This document shows positions 51,021 to 62,899 of a stretch of DNA of 64,000 nucleotides, piece by piece. The stretch spans positions 16,308,001-16,372,000 of the forward strand of contig CM052816.1 in NCBI GenBank assembly GCA_028534125.1, given 5' to 3'. Position 1 is the stretch's first letter, and every line of letters starts with the position of its first letter. The notes under the pieces were generated by a model, which was not told the origin of the DNA, ran no database searches, and was given only the letters and a program-made list of their open reading frames with translations. The translations under genes were made by a program, and so were the position numbers. Origin of the DNA: Lama glama (Eukaryota).

Positions 51021-54000
51021 GTGAGTGCCTAGGCCTGCCCTGCCTCCCTGAACTTTGCTTTATGTTTGCTTCTGGCCATTTGATCCTTCCCGTCCCCCAT
51101 CTCTTCAGTCCATCCCTCTGTCCTCATAGCTGAGTACTCTTGAGCAAACATGCCAGCCCTGAGATGGGCAGACTGGGATGCTGTGGAGCCCAGAATTTCG
51201 GAGACATCAGGTCAGATGTCCTTTGGGAAGTGACTACTGAGCTAAAACCTGAGGGCTGATGAGCAGGAGGGGAGTAGAGAGTGCTGGCAGTGAGCAGGGT
51301 CAAGTATGCACGCACATGGGTCAGTCTGATGAGGGGTCATCATGACTGAAGGCCAGAAATAGCCAAGATCAGCCCTTCGTAGAATGAAGGGTCACTTGGC
51401 TGAAGCATAGGGTCGGGGTGCCAAGATACAGGTGGGATGGATTGGCTGTACCTGGAAGCCGTCAGAGCAGCCAGGAGACAGAGGAGGCAGAGGCTGGAAT
51501 GATGCTGAATCTTAAGATTCTAGAAACCTGGAGGTGCCTCCTCTGGGAGCTTTGGCTCTGGGCGGACACTCAGAATGGCTGCCCTCAAGGGCCCAAGGGA
51601 CCCCAGGGCTTGCCGCCTGGGAGAAGACTTGCTACACAGCTCACTTTGGTCTTTGTGAGCCTGAAGTGACTTAATTAAGGAGAGGGTAAAACCATCCAGG
51701 CCTGATTCTTAATTCAGCTGCTGCAGAGAGCATTGGCAGGGTTTGCTCAGCTGCCTCTCTGGGGCCACACTTCCTACAGCAGACTGTGGATTAGTGGAGC
51801 AGGACTGGGCAGCCACTGCAACCCTGCTGAAGGTTGGGGGCAGAGGGGCCCAGCCCTTCGTCCCTACCCTCTCTGCGCTGCACACCCCTCCCCCAAGCCT
51901 CAGGCTGAGGATCAGGGTTGCCTGTCACTGCTTCTGAGTTCAGCTATTTGCTTTTGTGTGTGTGCACTCACTCACTCTGTCTCTCTGTCTCTCTGGCCTG
52001 TCTTGTTTCTTAGTCTCTCTCTTCACTTCCCCCTTCTCTCCACCCGCCTTGTTCCACTCCTCCAAGCTGCAGAAACCTGGTTTCTGAGAAGAACAGGCAG
52101 TCATGTGCTGCTCACATCCAATTAATAAGGCCTGGGCACAGTTGACATCCTGGGAGTGGGCCAGCGAGCCTGGGGAAGGACGTGTACATTGGCTTGGCAT
52201 TTCCCAGGAAAAACCCATTACTCTCCTCTGGTGCCTTGCTGCCCCAAGCCCTGGTATAGTGGGGTATAGTGGCTCATACCTGGAGAGCTACCGCTGGCAG
52301 TCTTACCAAAGCTGCTCTGAGTCAGCTGGCCCCAGGAGTCTGCCTTTGAGTCTTAGGGGTGCTGTGAAGATCACAGAGGGACTAGTGTCTCTCTGCAAAC
52401 AGTACAGAGACAGCCATCTTCCTACAGGAGGATGGTGGAGGACTTTTAGTCAGAGGACAGATGGCAACCATACTGTATGCTTGAGGCAGTCAGGGCATCT
52501 CTGTCCTTGTGGTTTCTCAGAAAGAATGAAGAACTAGTCCACCCAGGGATGGATCCAGAAATGCCTGAAAGTAGAGGTGTGTCAGGTTGCCAAAGGGGAT
52601 ACCATGGGCCTTGAGGGCATCACTGGTGTGAGGAGGTAGCAACTGAACTTTGGAATGCCCATAGAATGTGGATCTACCTTTCAGATTGTTGGGGTCCTTG
52701 GCTCACAGGTATATCCCTTCTGCAGTCTGCCGGACCCCAGGCATTTCTTCCTCTGTCTGTTGGCTCTTGACAGGGCCTCTACTGAGAGACTGTGTCCTGA
52801 CATCTGGGCTCCTGCAGAGATGGGACACTTGCCTGTGCTCATGAGCCCACATCCTCTTATGCCTCTGTGGAGCTGAATGGCCACAGTGGTGACCTGCCCA
52901 CTGGTTCCTTCCACAAGTGTTGACTGGGTGTCTGCCCTGCCTGATATTGTGCCAAGTCCATGGTCCCTTCCCTCCTGGTGTTTTTGGGCAGACATTTATC
53001 AGAGAATCTCCTAGAACATGTAGGCTATGGAGGCTTATGATTATGACCTCTTCTGGGGAGTCAGGGGAGGTGCTAAGATCTGAGGGGTGAGTCAGTTTGA
53101 CTGTGGAGTTGGTATTAGGTGACAGTGTGCCTCGGAGTGGGAGCTGCACCTGCGTAGGCCCTGGGGGTGAGTTAATGTGAATGGTGCCAGAGTGAGGACG
53201 TATGTGGGGAGGTGCAGATCCTGCAGAGCCTTGAAGTTCCAGGGAAAGGAGTCATTATTTATCATCAAAAATGCCAAGTTGTGAAGGGTTTGGGGCTGGG
53301 TTGCACTGTCTGCAGTTGGGAGACTGGAGGAAGTAGGCTGGGAGCGGGAGGCAGCGGACTGCAGAAGTGCAGTGAGGACTGGGATGTGTTTTGGAGGTGG
53401 AGCAGGCAGGACTTGGGAGTAGGTTAGGGAAGGACTACCAGATCCTTCTCAGCCTTTTCTGTCCCAGGATGATGAACCCCTCCCCTCCCCTGCTTCCTCT
53501 CCCAGCTCCATGGGCTCCAATACCATCAGGTGGTCCACTGTGGTCCCCAGTCTTTTCCTGGGCTTCCCTCTTGTCTTCCCCATCCTCTTCCCCTGCTGGA
53601 GTTAGAGCAGTGATTCCTTTCTTCTTGCAGATATATTTAGTACAATCAATGTGGGACATCTCTAACCACTTCCAACCCTCCATCTCTACATAGCCTTCAT
53701 CCAACATTTGAAATAAGCTGGTAACTTACCAGGTTTCAGGTGTTTCCTTTCCTGCCTCTAGAGCCTGGCAGGATTGGTACCCACTGTAGGCTGCTGGGGC
53801 TGGGATTCTGCACTTAACAGACATATGCCATGCATGTGACTTCCTGCCCAAACTTTCCTCAGCTCCCCAGGCCCTCAGCGTAGTGGCCACCCTCTTTGGA
53901 GGGACACTGGGCCCCAGCCTGACCCTCATGCCTCATCCACCAGAGCAACCTGCCATTCTTCAAACATGAGGCGGGCCCAGGCCTTTTGTCACAACCTGCT

Positions 54001-54214
54001 TCTGTGTGTGGACCCTCCACCCCTGTCTTCTTGGACAACTCCCACACGCCCCTCAAGACTCAGGGAAATGCCATCCTCCGTTGTCCCCTGTGTCCTAACT
54101 CCCCTGAGGGAGTGGATCAGTATGGTGGTGATGATTCTGACGCTGCTGGCACAGCTAACATTTTTTGAGGTGCAGAAGGTATAGTTAATACTTGATGGCA
54201 AAGCTCACACTGTT

Positions 54215-54410
54215 GGTGTGCTCTTGGTGCTGGGCACTGACTGGCTGCATGTTCACTGTCTCATTGAGTCCTCCCAACAGTCCTGAAGGGGTCACATCAC
54301 TTCCACGTAAGAGGTGATGACGTTGGGTCCCAGGCAGGCTAAGTGCCAGCCACAGGTCATTCAGCTGTCCATGGTGGAGCAGGAATTTGAATGCAGACTG
54401 TCTGCCTCCA
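54215..54410 (-). mobile_element. MIR in the last SIL1 intron
   Basis: tctcattgagtcctcccaacagtcctg...ggtcattcagct...ggaatttgaatgcagactgtctgcctcca. Confidence 0.65.
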
Positions 54411-54714
54411 CCCTACCCTGCTGGACTAAATGCATCCTGCTATGTAGGAATTGTTCAGTTCGTTTTTATTCTCCTGCTAGATCCTGAGCTCCTTGAGGAC
54501 AGGGACTAGGTCTCCATCTTGGTTTTTCCAAGCACCTGGCACATTGCACAGTTGTTTTTGATGAGTGGATGGATGGACAGTTGGGTGGACATTTGGATGG
54601 GTTGGGGAGCACATGTGAAGCCATGAATCCAGCTGATTTCTCCCATGAAGGGGATGGAAGAAGAGGGTGCCGACTCGTGGGTCGGCCACGTGCCTTCAAG
54701 TCTGAAGGGCAGAG

Positions 54715-54779
54715 CTAACTGCTATCTGTGTGTTCTTTACCCCTCCCATACCCCTGCCACCTGGCCGTGCGGATGGCAG
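54715..54779 (+). promoter_or_regulatory. Putative distant branch point (CTAAC, A at 54718), pyrimidine tract and AG-exclusion zone of the last SIL1 intron
   Basis: YTNAY match; no AG between 54715 and 54777; the acceptor-proximal bases are purine-rich. Confidence 0.55.
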
Positions 54780-55136
54780 ATGTTTGCTGAGGAGGAGGCT
54801 GAGCTGACCCAGGAGACGTCCCCAGAGAAGCTTCAGCAGTATCGCCAGGTGCACCTTCTGCCAGGCCTTCGGGAACAGGGCTGGTGCGAGATCACTGCCC
54901 ACCTCCTGGCACTGCCAGAGCACGATGCCCGAGAAAAGGTGCTGCAGACGCTGGATGCCCTCCTGGCCACCTGTCGGGACCGCTACCGTCAAGACCCCCA
55001 GCTCAGCAGGATGCTGGTCAGCCTGCAGGCTGAGTACCAGGCACTGGCTGCCCTGGAGCTCCAAGATGGCGAGGATGAGGGCTACTTCCGGGAACTCCTG
55101 GGCTCTATCAACAGCTTGCTGAAGGAGCTGAGATGA
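54780..55136 (+). CDS. SIL1: SIL1 terminal coding exon (exon 10), 357 bp: [11 protein letters not shown]...[13 protein letters not shown]
   Basis: CAG acceptor (AG at 54778-54779), phase 0, TGA at 55134-55136. The C-terminal KELR is the KDEL-like ER-retrieval motif of SIL1. Confidence 0.97.
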   Translation: MFAEEEAELTQETSPEKLQQYRQVHLLPGLREQGWCEITAHLLALPEHDAREKVLQTLDALLATCRDRYRQDPQLSRMLVSLQAEYQALAALELQDGEDEGYFRELLGSINSLLKELR

Positions 55137-55301
55137 GGCTGACACTTGGACTGGACTGGGATGCTGCTAGTAAGGCTAAAGGGCACCAGCTTGGGTGGGC
55201 TTGTGAGGAGATACCAGGCAGGAGGGAGGACTTCCCTACTGGGGTATGGGTATCATCTGGGCAGTGCTGGTTTGGCCATTAAAACGGAGGCATGAAGGCC
55301 A
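55137..55301 (+). other. SIL1: SIL1 3' UTR (short, about 165 nt)
   Basis: Lies between the stop codon and an inferred CA cleavage site about 18 nt after ATTAAA, followed by a GU/U-rich tract. Confidence 0.7.
55278..55283 (+). terminator. Polyadenylation signal ATTAAA of SIL1
   Basis: ATTAAA variant hexamer, CA at 55300-55301, then ttgtctgtttcctctgtgtgtg as a GU-rich downstream element. Confidence 0.75.
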
Positions 55302-55419
55302 TTGTCTGTTTCCTCTGTGTGTGCAGACTGTGCACAACCCCGTGGTGATTGTTGGGTCCCCTGATGACGTGCTGGATAGTCTGTCCATGGCATCCAGTAA
55401 CAGGCCCTGTGGGAAGGGT

Positions 55420-55575
55420 CTGGGTCCAGGAGTTGGAAAACCCCAGCTTGGAGCCAGCTCTTTACCACCCAGTGGTTCTGTGACTTTGGGAATTCACTTA
55501 ACTTCCCTGAACATCTTTTCTCATCTGCCAAAGGGGAATGAGAGAAAATGTACATAAAGCACTGCACCAGTGCCT
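55420..55575 (+). mobile_element. MIR just downstream of the SIL1 poly(A) site
   Basis: ctgtgactttgggaattcacttaacttccctgaacatcttttctcatctg. Confidence 0.7.
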
Positions 55576-57604
55576 GGACCTCGTGCTTGTCCCCTCCCTC
55601 ACCCAGCTATGATGGGAGCTCTGGGGAATCACCTCACTGCCCCCTCTACCCTGTGCCCACATGGTTGCTTTGAGACCACTGGTGGAAGCCTGAGGGCATC
55701 TCCACACGCAGGGAATAGGCCTCGCTCTGGGCAAGGAGTGGGAGAGGAGTCATCTCCCTAAAGCTGGTAGTGGGAGCCCAGGCCTGCAGGGCCCACCTGA
55801 TGGGGCGGAGGTGCCCTTGCCCCTCTCCTGTGTCCCTGCTGAGCTGCGCAGAGCTGGTGAAGGCAGGGGCAGCCGAGCCTGACAAGACTTGGCCCCCACC
55901 CTAGAGAGGCTGAGCGCCAGGCTGGGAGCCTGCTGCAGGTTGCCACGGCAACCACTGCTCTGAGCTTTCCTGATTTGGATTCTGGTGCGTTTGTTTTTCA
56001 GCCCTTCCCAGTGCACCAGAGGCTCACTCCTGCTGCTCAAGCAACCCCTCCCAGCCTCTATGTAGAAATCTCCCCATCCTGGCTTTTCTTGTAGAAATCT
56101 CAGCTTCACTGAGCTGAGGGGAAACTGAGGCCCACAGAAACCTGGGATAAGTTCATGGCTGCCTCCCCTGCAGTCACTTTGCTCAGCCTCAGGCCCTCTC
56201 CTGCCCACCTCGTGCCACAACACATAGGAAGCCTGGGAGAGCTGCTGGCTGCACAGGAGCCTGTTTAGCCAGGGTAGGATTTCTTAGGGCTTGGGCATAG
56301 TGGGGATCAGACCCAAAGTCTACAAAGTGCTGGATACCTACTGCCTCACTGCCTTTAAAACCTCTCAATAGCCTTTGAAGTACATTTTACAGATGAGGAA
56401 GACATGGCCCAGAGAGCTGCCTGAGGTCACATACCTTGTGAGTAACAGAGCTGGGATTTGCTGGGCTGACCGTGCTGTAGAAAGTTTGAATGTATAGCTC
56501 AGAAGAAGACGGTTTTGACTTGACAGGCAGTGAGGGAGCAGGGAGGAGAGACGGTGGAGCAGCTGTTCTATGGCATGGCAGGGCAGGGTCCAAAAAGGAG
56601 GTGCTGTGGCCTGGCTAAGGCCAAGGCCAAGAGTCACTTTAAAGATGGTGTCAGGAGACTCTGCAGGTGGATTTCAGAAAGGGAAACAGTGAGGCAGGGT
56701 GGGTAGGACTGCCCTGGCACAAGGAAAGAGGGGAGGTTGCAGCTGGAAATGAGTCTGGTCTGGGCCTCTTCCTGGCAGAGGTGAGCACTGAGGCTGTGGG
56801 AGCAGGTGCACTGTTAGGGCGAAGGCTGGCAAAAACATAGGGAGCTGTGGAAGGAGGCCTTTGAGAGACCCCTAGGGTAGCATCAGGCCAGGGCTAGGGA
56901 TCCTGGAGCCCTTGAGGCTTCCATAACCACCAGGGTCGGGTCTGATCTGGGATATGGGAAGGAGTCCCCATGGAAGGAGTGACACTAGAAGAGGCCTGAT
57001 TGAGGACTCCAGTATCTCTGCTGCCCTTAGGTATGCTGCACAAAATAGCATAGCTGTAAAGCAGAAAGAGACTTTGAACCACCAGTTCTTTCAGGGGTCC
57101 CTGGGGCCAAGGAAAGAGCATATCGGGGTTACATAGAGGGGAGCCAGACCATTGCCAGGTTGCTGAACCCACAGCTGGGTGATAGGACTGACTGCTTCTG
57201 CCCCTTTCCCCACTTCATATATACACAAACAAGACATCAGGGAGGGTGAAGTTTGGTCTGCAGTCTGTCTCCTCATTGGGCTCATCCAGATTCATCCTGC
57301 ACCCCTGACTTCCTGGTCCTGGGCCCTTAGCAGACCCTCCTAGGAGACAGGCAGCTGTGTGACCCAGGTCTGAGGCTCAGGCTCAGGCTGCATGGGTGTG
57401 GGTTCAGGTTCCACCATGCAATTTATCATTGATTGTTTTCCACAGGTCTAAAAAGAGCCCTTCTCTGCTTCCCCTTTGGGTGGGGAAAGATGTTAAAAAG
57501 CTACAACCAGTATCCTTTGTAAGTGAAGAAGTTGGTATTGGAGAGGAGTATCTTGGAGGTAGTGGTAAGAACTTTAGATTTTTCTAAGGTCCCTACCAGA
57601 ATCC

Positions 57605-59880
57605 TCAGGGCAGAACTCCTCAACAGAATATTCACAAATCAAATGTAGCAATATATAAAAGAATACATTTATTCTGGGGAAGCAAGACGAGTTCAACGCA
57701 GATCACCATGTAAACAGACTAAAGAGGAAAAAGCCACATGGTCATCCCAATAGATGCAGAAAAAAATTTGACAAAATTCAGTATCCATTCTTGATAAAAA
57801 CTTTCCGTGAATTAGGAATAGAAGGGAACTTCCTTAACCTGAAGGGAATCCACATGAACACCTACAATAGACCTCAAACTTAATGATCAAAGACTGACAT
57901 CTTTCTTTCTAAGACTGGGAACAAGGCAAGAATGTCCCCTCTCACATCTTATTTTCAGTGTTATCAAGAGTCCTGGACATTGCAGTCAGGCAAGAAAATG
58001 AAATAAAAGACATACAGATTGAAAAAGAAGAAATAAAACTGTCTCTAGTGACAGATAACATGATTGTCAATGTAGAAAATCCCATGGAATGTACCAGAAA
58101 AAAAACCCTCCTAGACTACCAGTAAGTTTAGCAAATTCATTGGTCAACATACAAAAATCAACTGTATTTCTATATACAATTGGAAATGAAATTTAAAAAA
58201 CAGTATGATTGACAGTAGCATTGAAACAAATGAAATATGTATAAATCTAACAGAATAATGTGCAGGATTTTTATGCTGAAAACTATAAAACATCTAAATA
58301 GACATACTGAGTTCATAGGTTAGAAGACTCAGTATTAAGATATCAGTCCACCCAAAACTGACTTATTGCAATCTCAGCAGGAATTTTTTAGATATCAAGA
58401 GTGTGATTTGAATATTTATATGGAAATGCAAAGGAATTGGAATAGCTAAAACAACTTTAAAGAAGAGGAATAAATTTGGAGGACTTACTCAGACTAGCTG
58501 ATTTAAGGCTTACTACAAAGCTATAGTAATCAAGATGGTGTGGCATTGGTCAAAAAAATAGACACACAGATGAATAAATCACAACAGAGAGTTCAGATAT
58601 ATACCCACACAAATGTAGTCCATTGAGTTGACAAAAGTGCAGAGACATTTCAGTGGAGAAAGAATCATCCTCAAGAAACGATGCAGCAACAATGGACAGC
58701 CGTGTTTAAAAAATGAACCTTGACCCCTATCTGTCATCTTGTACAAATTTAACTCAAAACCAAATATAGACCTAAATGGAAAATTATAACAACTTTTAGA
58801 AGAAAATAGAAGAGAAATATTTGTGACCTTTTGTTGGGTGGAGTTCTTAGTTCTAACACCAAAAGCACAATTCATAAAGTTAAAAATTGATAAGTTGAAT
58901 TACATCATAGTTAAAAACTTGTTCTGTGAAAGACAAAGACAAGCCACAAACAAGGAGAAAATACTTGCAAATTACATATGGGACAAAGGACTTGTATCCA
59001 GAATATATAAGGAATCCTCAAAACTCATCAACAAGAAAACAGTCAGCCCAATTAAGAAAAAGGCAAAAAAAAGACGAAGAATTTGAAAAGACATTTCAGC
59101 AAAGATGTACAAATGACAGGTAAGTGAAAAGATGCTCAACCTCATTAGTTAGGGAAATGCAAATTAAAACCACAGCAAGGCATGTCTAGACACCTGTTAA
59201 AGTGGCTAAAAAAAGGAAAACCTGAACAACCAACCTGACAATACCCCGTGCGGGTGAGGATTCAGAGCAACTGGAATGCTCATTCACTGTGGGAATGCAG
59301 ATGATGCAGCCGCTGTGGGAAACAGGTTGGTGGTTTCTAATAAAGTTCAGCATATACTAATCGTGCAGTATTCCAGTCTCACCCCTAGGCATTTACCCAA
59401 GATAAATGAAAATCTTTGTTTACACAAAAACTTGTACTGAAATACTTACATCAGTTTTACTTGTAAAGGAAAAAAAGAAACTAGGAAGAGTTCAAATGTG
59501 CCTTCCTTCCCTGGGGGTGGATGGACCAGCATGGTCATCCCTGCACTGCTTCTGCCCACGGTGGGAAGGAATGGCCTGCTGTGTGCATGGCAGACACACA
59601 CATCTCAGATGCGTTTTCTGAGTGAAAGAAGCTGGATTGAAAAGGCTACATATTGTTCTCCATTTACAGGACATTCTTCAAAAGGTAGAACTGTAGAGAA
59701 AGGGCTTTGCCAGGATTTACGGGATGTTTCCACGACACTGGGGTAGCACAGTGGAATCTTGGGGACGGTGTTGGAACTGTTCTGTGTCTTGATTGTGGTT
59801 ACACGACTCTTCGCGTGTGTTAAAACTCAGAATTGTGCACCAAAAAGTGAATTTTACTCTGATAAATTTACAGCTAAAAA
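57605..59880 (+). mobile_element. Old L1M (MB/MC-like), about 2.3 kb, ORF2 RT region to 3' UTR, with deletions
   Basis: atagatgcagaaaaaaatttgacaaaattca; gactgggaacaaggcaagaatgtcc; tactacaaagctatagtaatcaaga; gacaaaggacttgtatccagaatatataa; 3' UTR ggaactgttctgtgtcttgattgtgg. Confidence 0.92.
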
Positions 59881-59884
59881 TTTT

Positions 59885-60595
59885 CAAGGTAGTAAATACT
59901 CAAAACATATCCTTTCCTAACATTTGACTGTTGCTTGTGCTCCTGAGATGACTTACATTGGTGTTTCTGGTGGTGGAAACAGTAACTGTGCACCCATGTG
60001 CATCCCTTCCCACCTCCACCTTCAGGACATCACTTGTGGCTGGAAATCTGATGCGGTGGGAGTATTAACACCATGGAAATTGGGAAATGCTACAAGTTAA
60101 GGCTTAATTGTTCTGTGAATTGTGTAGGCATAAGAAAGTAAGAAAAGGTTAATGTTAAACTTAGTGTGTGTCATCTATAGATTGCACAGGAAATTGAGGA
60201 AATTGTCTTAGTGTATTTGACAACTATAATCCTGCAAGGAAGTACTCACTGACAAACAAGTGAAATTCCCACATATATTTTTGTTGTTTTACTTTTTTAC
60301 TCCTTAAGGTAAACCAACATTCACATCAGAACTAGACTCGTTTCTCAATTGCAGCCATAGGTTGGCTATGCTGCGGTTGCAAGATTTCAGCAAAAGTTAG
60401 TGAAAGCCTTTGGTGAGAATCAGTAGGCCATGTGGAATTTAAAGGATATTGCATATTTTGTCACTGGTAAACTGTATGCTACATTTCCTTTATAGGAGTA
60501 AAATGTATGACAAACGAAGGTATGGGTATATATGCAACCCATCCCAACCCCACCCTGAAAGGCTGGTTGTTGCACATTAACCAGCAAACCACTGG
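59885..60595 (+). mobile_element. MER63-like hAT-Blackjack element, 5' end missing
   Basis: aaggtagtaaatactcaaaac; ggtgggagtattaacaccatggaaattgggaaatgctaca; 3' TIR ccagcaaaccactgg. Confidence 0.75.
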
Positions 60596-62166
60596 TCTGG
60601 AATTAACGTTAGAGAAGAGGACCAAGGTTGGAGGCCTGGACCACGTACCTCAGCATGACAGGTCAAGAGAAAGAGCTGGTAAAGGAGAAGAGGGCTGGGA
60701 TTCAGTGAAGGGAGGTGGGTGGAAATTTAGAGGTGTGCCAGGGAAAGAGTGGCCACCAGCATCATGCGCTACTGAGAGGAGGGCTGGACAGAGAGGGGAG
60801 ATTGGAGGCGGGCAGTGGAGACGAGTCTGAACACTCACCTGAGAAGTTCTGTGTAAGGGGAGGGGAGACAGGGACTCAGAAAAAGCTTGCTTTCTCTTTT
60901 AACTCTGGGAGCTACCAGAATGTGTTTTGCTTGCTGTTAAGAAAGATCCAGGGGGAAGGAAAACTTGGAGAGGCAGGAAACAGGGGAGAATTAAGGGGCA
61001 AAGTCCTTAGTGGGTAAGGATCCAGTGAGAAGTCCAGGGATGGCCTTAACTGAAGCCTGGAGAATTCCCGCATCCTGACAGGCAGAGTCCTGAGGTCCTG
61101 TGCAGGGATGCAGAGGAGCAGGAGGGAGTTCTCATCTGCCTGCCTCCTCAGCCTCCTGGGAGGAAGGCTCGGGGCATAGGCCCCTGCGCTTCCCTCTGCA
61201 GCTCCACAGGGATGGTCAGAACCTGGGGGCTCTCTAGGGACTGGATCTTGAGGCTGAGAGGCTTGTCAGCTGTAGGACTTGGGTGAGGGGCTCCACCTCT
61301 GAGTCAGTTTCCTCAGCTGTAAAGTTTGAGGGGCAGTAACAGGACCGACGCCTCACAGATTGTAAAGATGAAATGGTGAAGGGGGGATGTGGGTAAAGGC
61401 CTGACATGGGCTCTGGGTGTGCCTAGCATGTGGCAGCTTCTCTCTTCCTTCAGTGGGGTGGGTGGAGAGAGGGGAAGCTGTGAGGATTAAGGCTGCAGAG
61501 GTGAGGTGGGGCCTTTGAAATGTCTGCCCAGGAGCTATGGGAGGTTCTGTGGGGGTGGTTAGCAGGGCAGGGGGAGGGCAGCTGCTGTCAGCAAGGAGAG
61601 CTGGGCCCTGCCCACCCTGTGTGCAGGTCGTGGTCAGAGTGGGTGTGAGGGGCGGCCAGGCCTAGAATGCCAGGCTGGTGAGGCACCCTCGGGGAGGTAC
61701 TGGCCAGGATGTGTCACTGAGGGAGGTGACAGAGGGTCACAGCTGCTCTGGCTGAGAAGCAAGAAGCCTCAAGATACGAGGGAAGACAGTCCCCTTAGTG
61801 GTGGCCAAGGGGCAGGAGCGAATGCTCCCCAAGGACACGGTGCGGTTGAGTCTCCCTTACACTGAACCCAGGCCACACTTCTTTAGATCATGGTCTCTGA
61901 GGACGGAGGAGGATCCCAGGCAGCAGCCTGCTTTCTGTTAACAGTATATTCTGATAGATTGGTTTAAAGCACTGAATCATTTGAGTGGTTTAACAACTGT
62001 TTCTCAAGCATGCGCAGGGCCCTTTGCTGGGTGATGGGGTGACCAAGATCAACGTTAACTGTTTCCCAAAGGAATGCAGGACAGTCCCTGGAGCAGACGC
62101 TGTGACACAACATGCCATGGCCGAGAGGGCAGAGCTGAGGCCTGGTAAGCAGGCACGACTGTGGGC

Positions 62167-62410
62167 CATTGTTTCCCATTGTGGTGTGAGGGATGATTTT
62201 AGGTGGTAAGTTAACAAATATTTACTAACATTGTTATTTTAATGTGTATTAGAAAAAATGTAGCACATCAAATAAGATTTTATAAATACTGCTTAGGAGG
62301 AGGCAACACAACATACGTTAGCCTTTTTAAGTACATAATGGTATTAAGGTTGGGATGGCAAAGGTGATGACCAGGGGACATTCAAGAGATGGGCTCATGG
62401 GGAGAGCATG
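62167..62410. mobile_element. hAT-Charlie (Charlie4z-like) remnant
   Basis: gatgattttaggtggta...aatgtgtattagaaaaaatgtagcacatcaaa...tgcttaggaggagg. Confidence 0.5.
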
Positions 62411-62899
62411 GGGGCGTCCCAGGAATTGCCTCCAGGGGGCAGTGTGGGTGCACAGGGCAGGGTCACAGTACCAGACACTGCAGAGGCAGGCGCAGGTCAG
62501 TGTTAAGCAGAGGCTGCACTCTAGATGTTTTGGGGAGCTGCTTTTGTCACTAGATGGAGAATGGATAATGGATGCCTAGGGCTGAGGGAGGAGGGAATCC
62601 AGATGAGGGTAAGGCTTGGTCTCTTTAAGAGAAGCAGAAGGGTTGAGTGGGGAGGTAGACTGGATGGGAAACTGGTGCTGGGGTGCAGGGCTGTAGGATG
62701 TTAGCAGATCAGGTGAAGCAGAAGTGGATCTGAAGCTTGAAAGACAATTTTGGAGTGTGACAAACTGATGGCAACAAAAGGCACGTGAATGTTCCAAGAG
62801 TCAGCTTGGATCCTGTGAGTCAGCCAAGAGGAGGGACTGAGGAAAGGAAGGCCAGCGCCTGCCTGAGCGCCGGCCCCACGAGGGGTCTTGAGGGTAGCC

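Noticed and set aside
54645..54779. In-frame upstream extension of the last exon (MKGMEEEG...)
   Set aside because: Intronic; SIL1 similarity begins exactly at the CAG|ATG acceptor.
54696..55145. 149-aa minus-strand ORF
   Set aside because: Antisense shadow of the GC-rich SIL1 last exon; no independent support.
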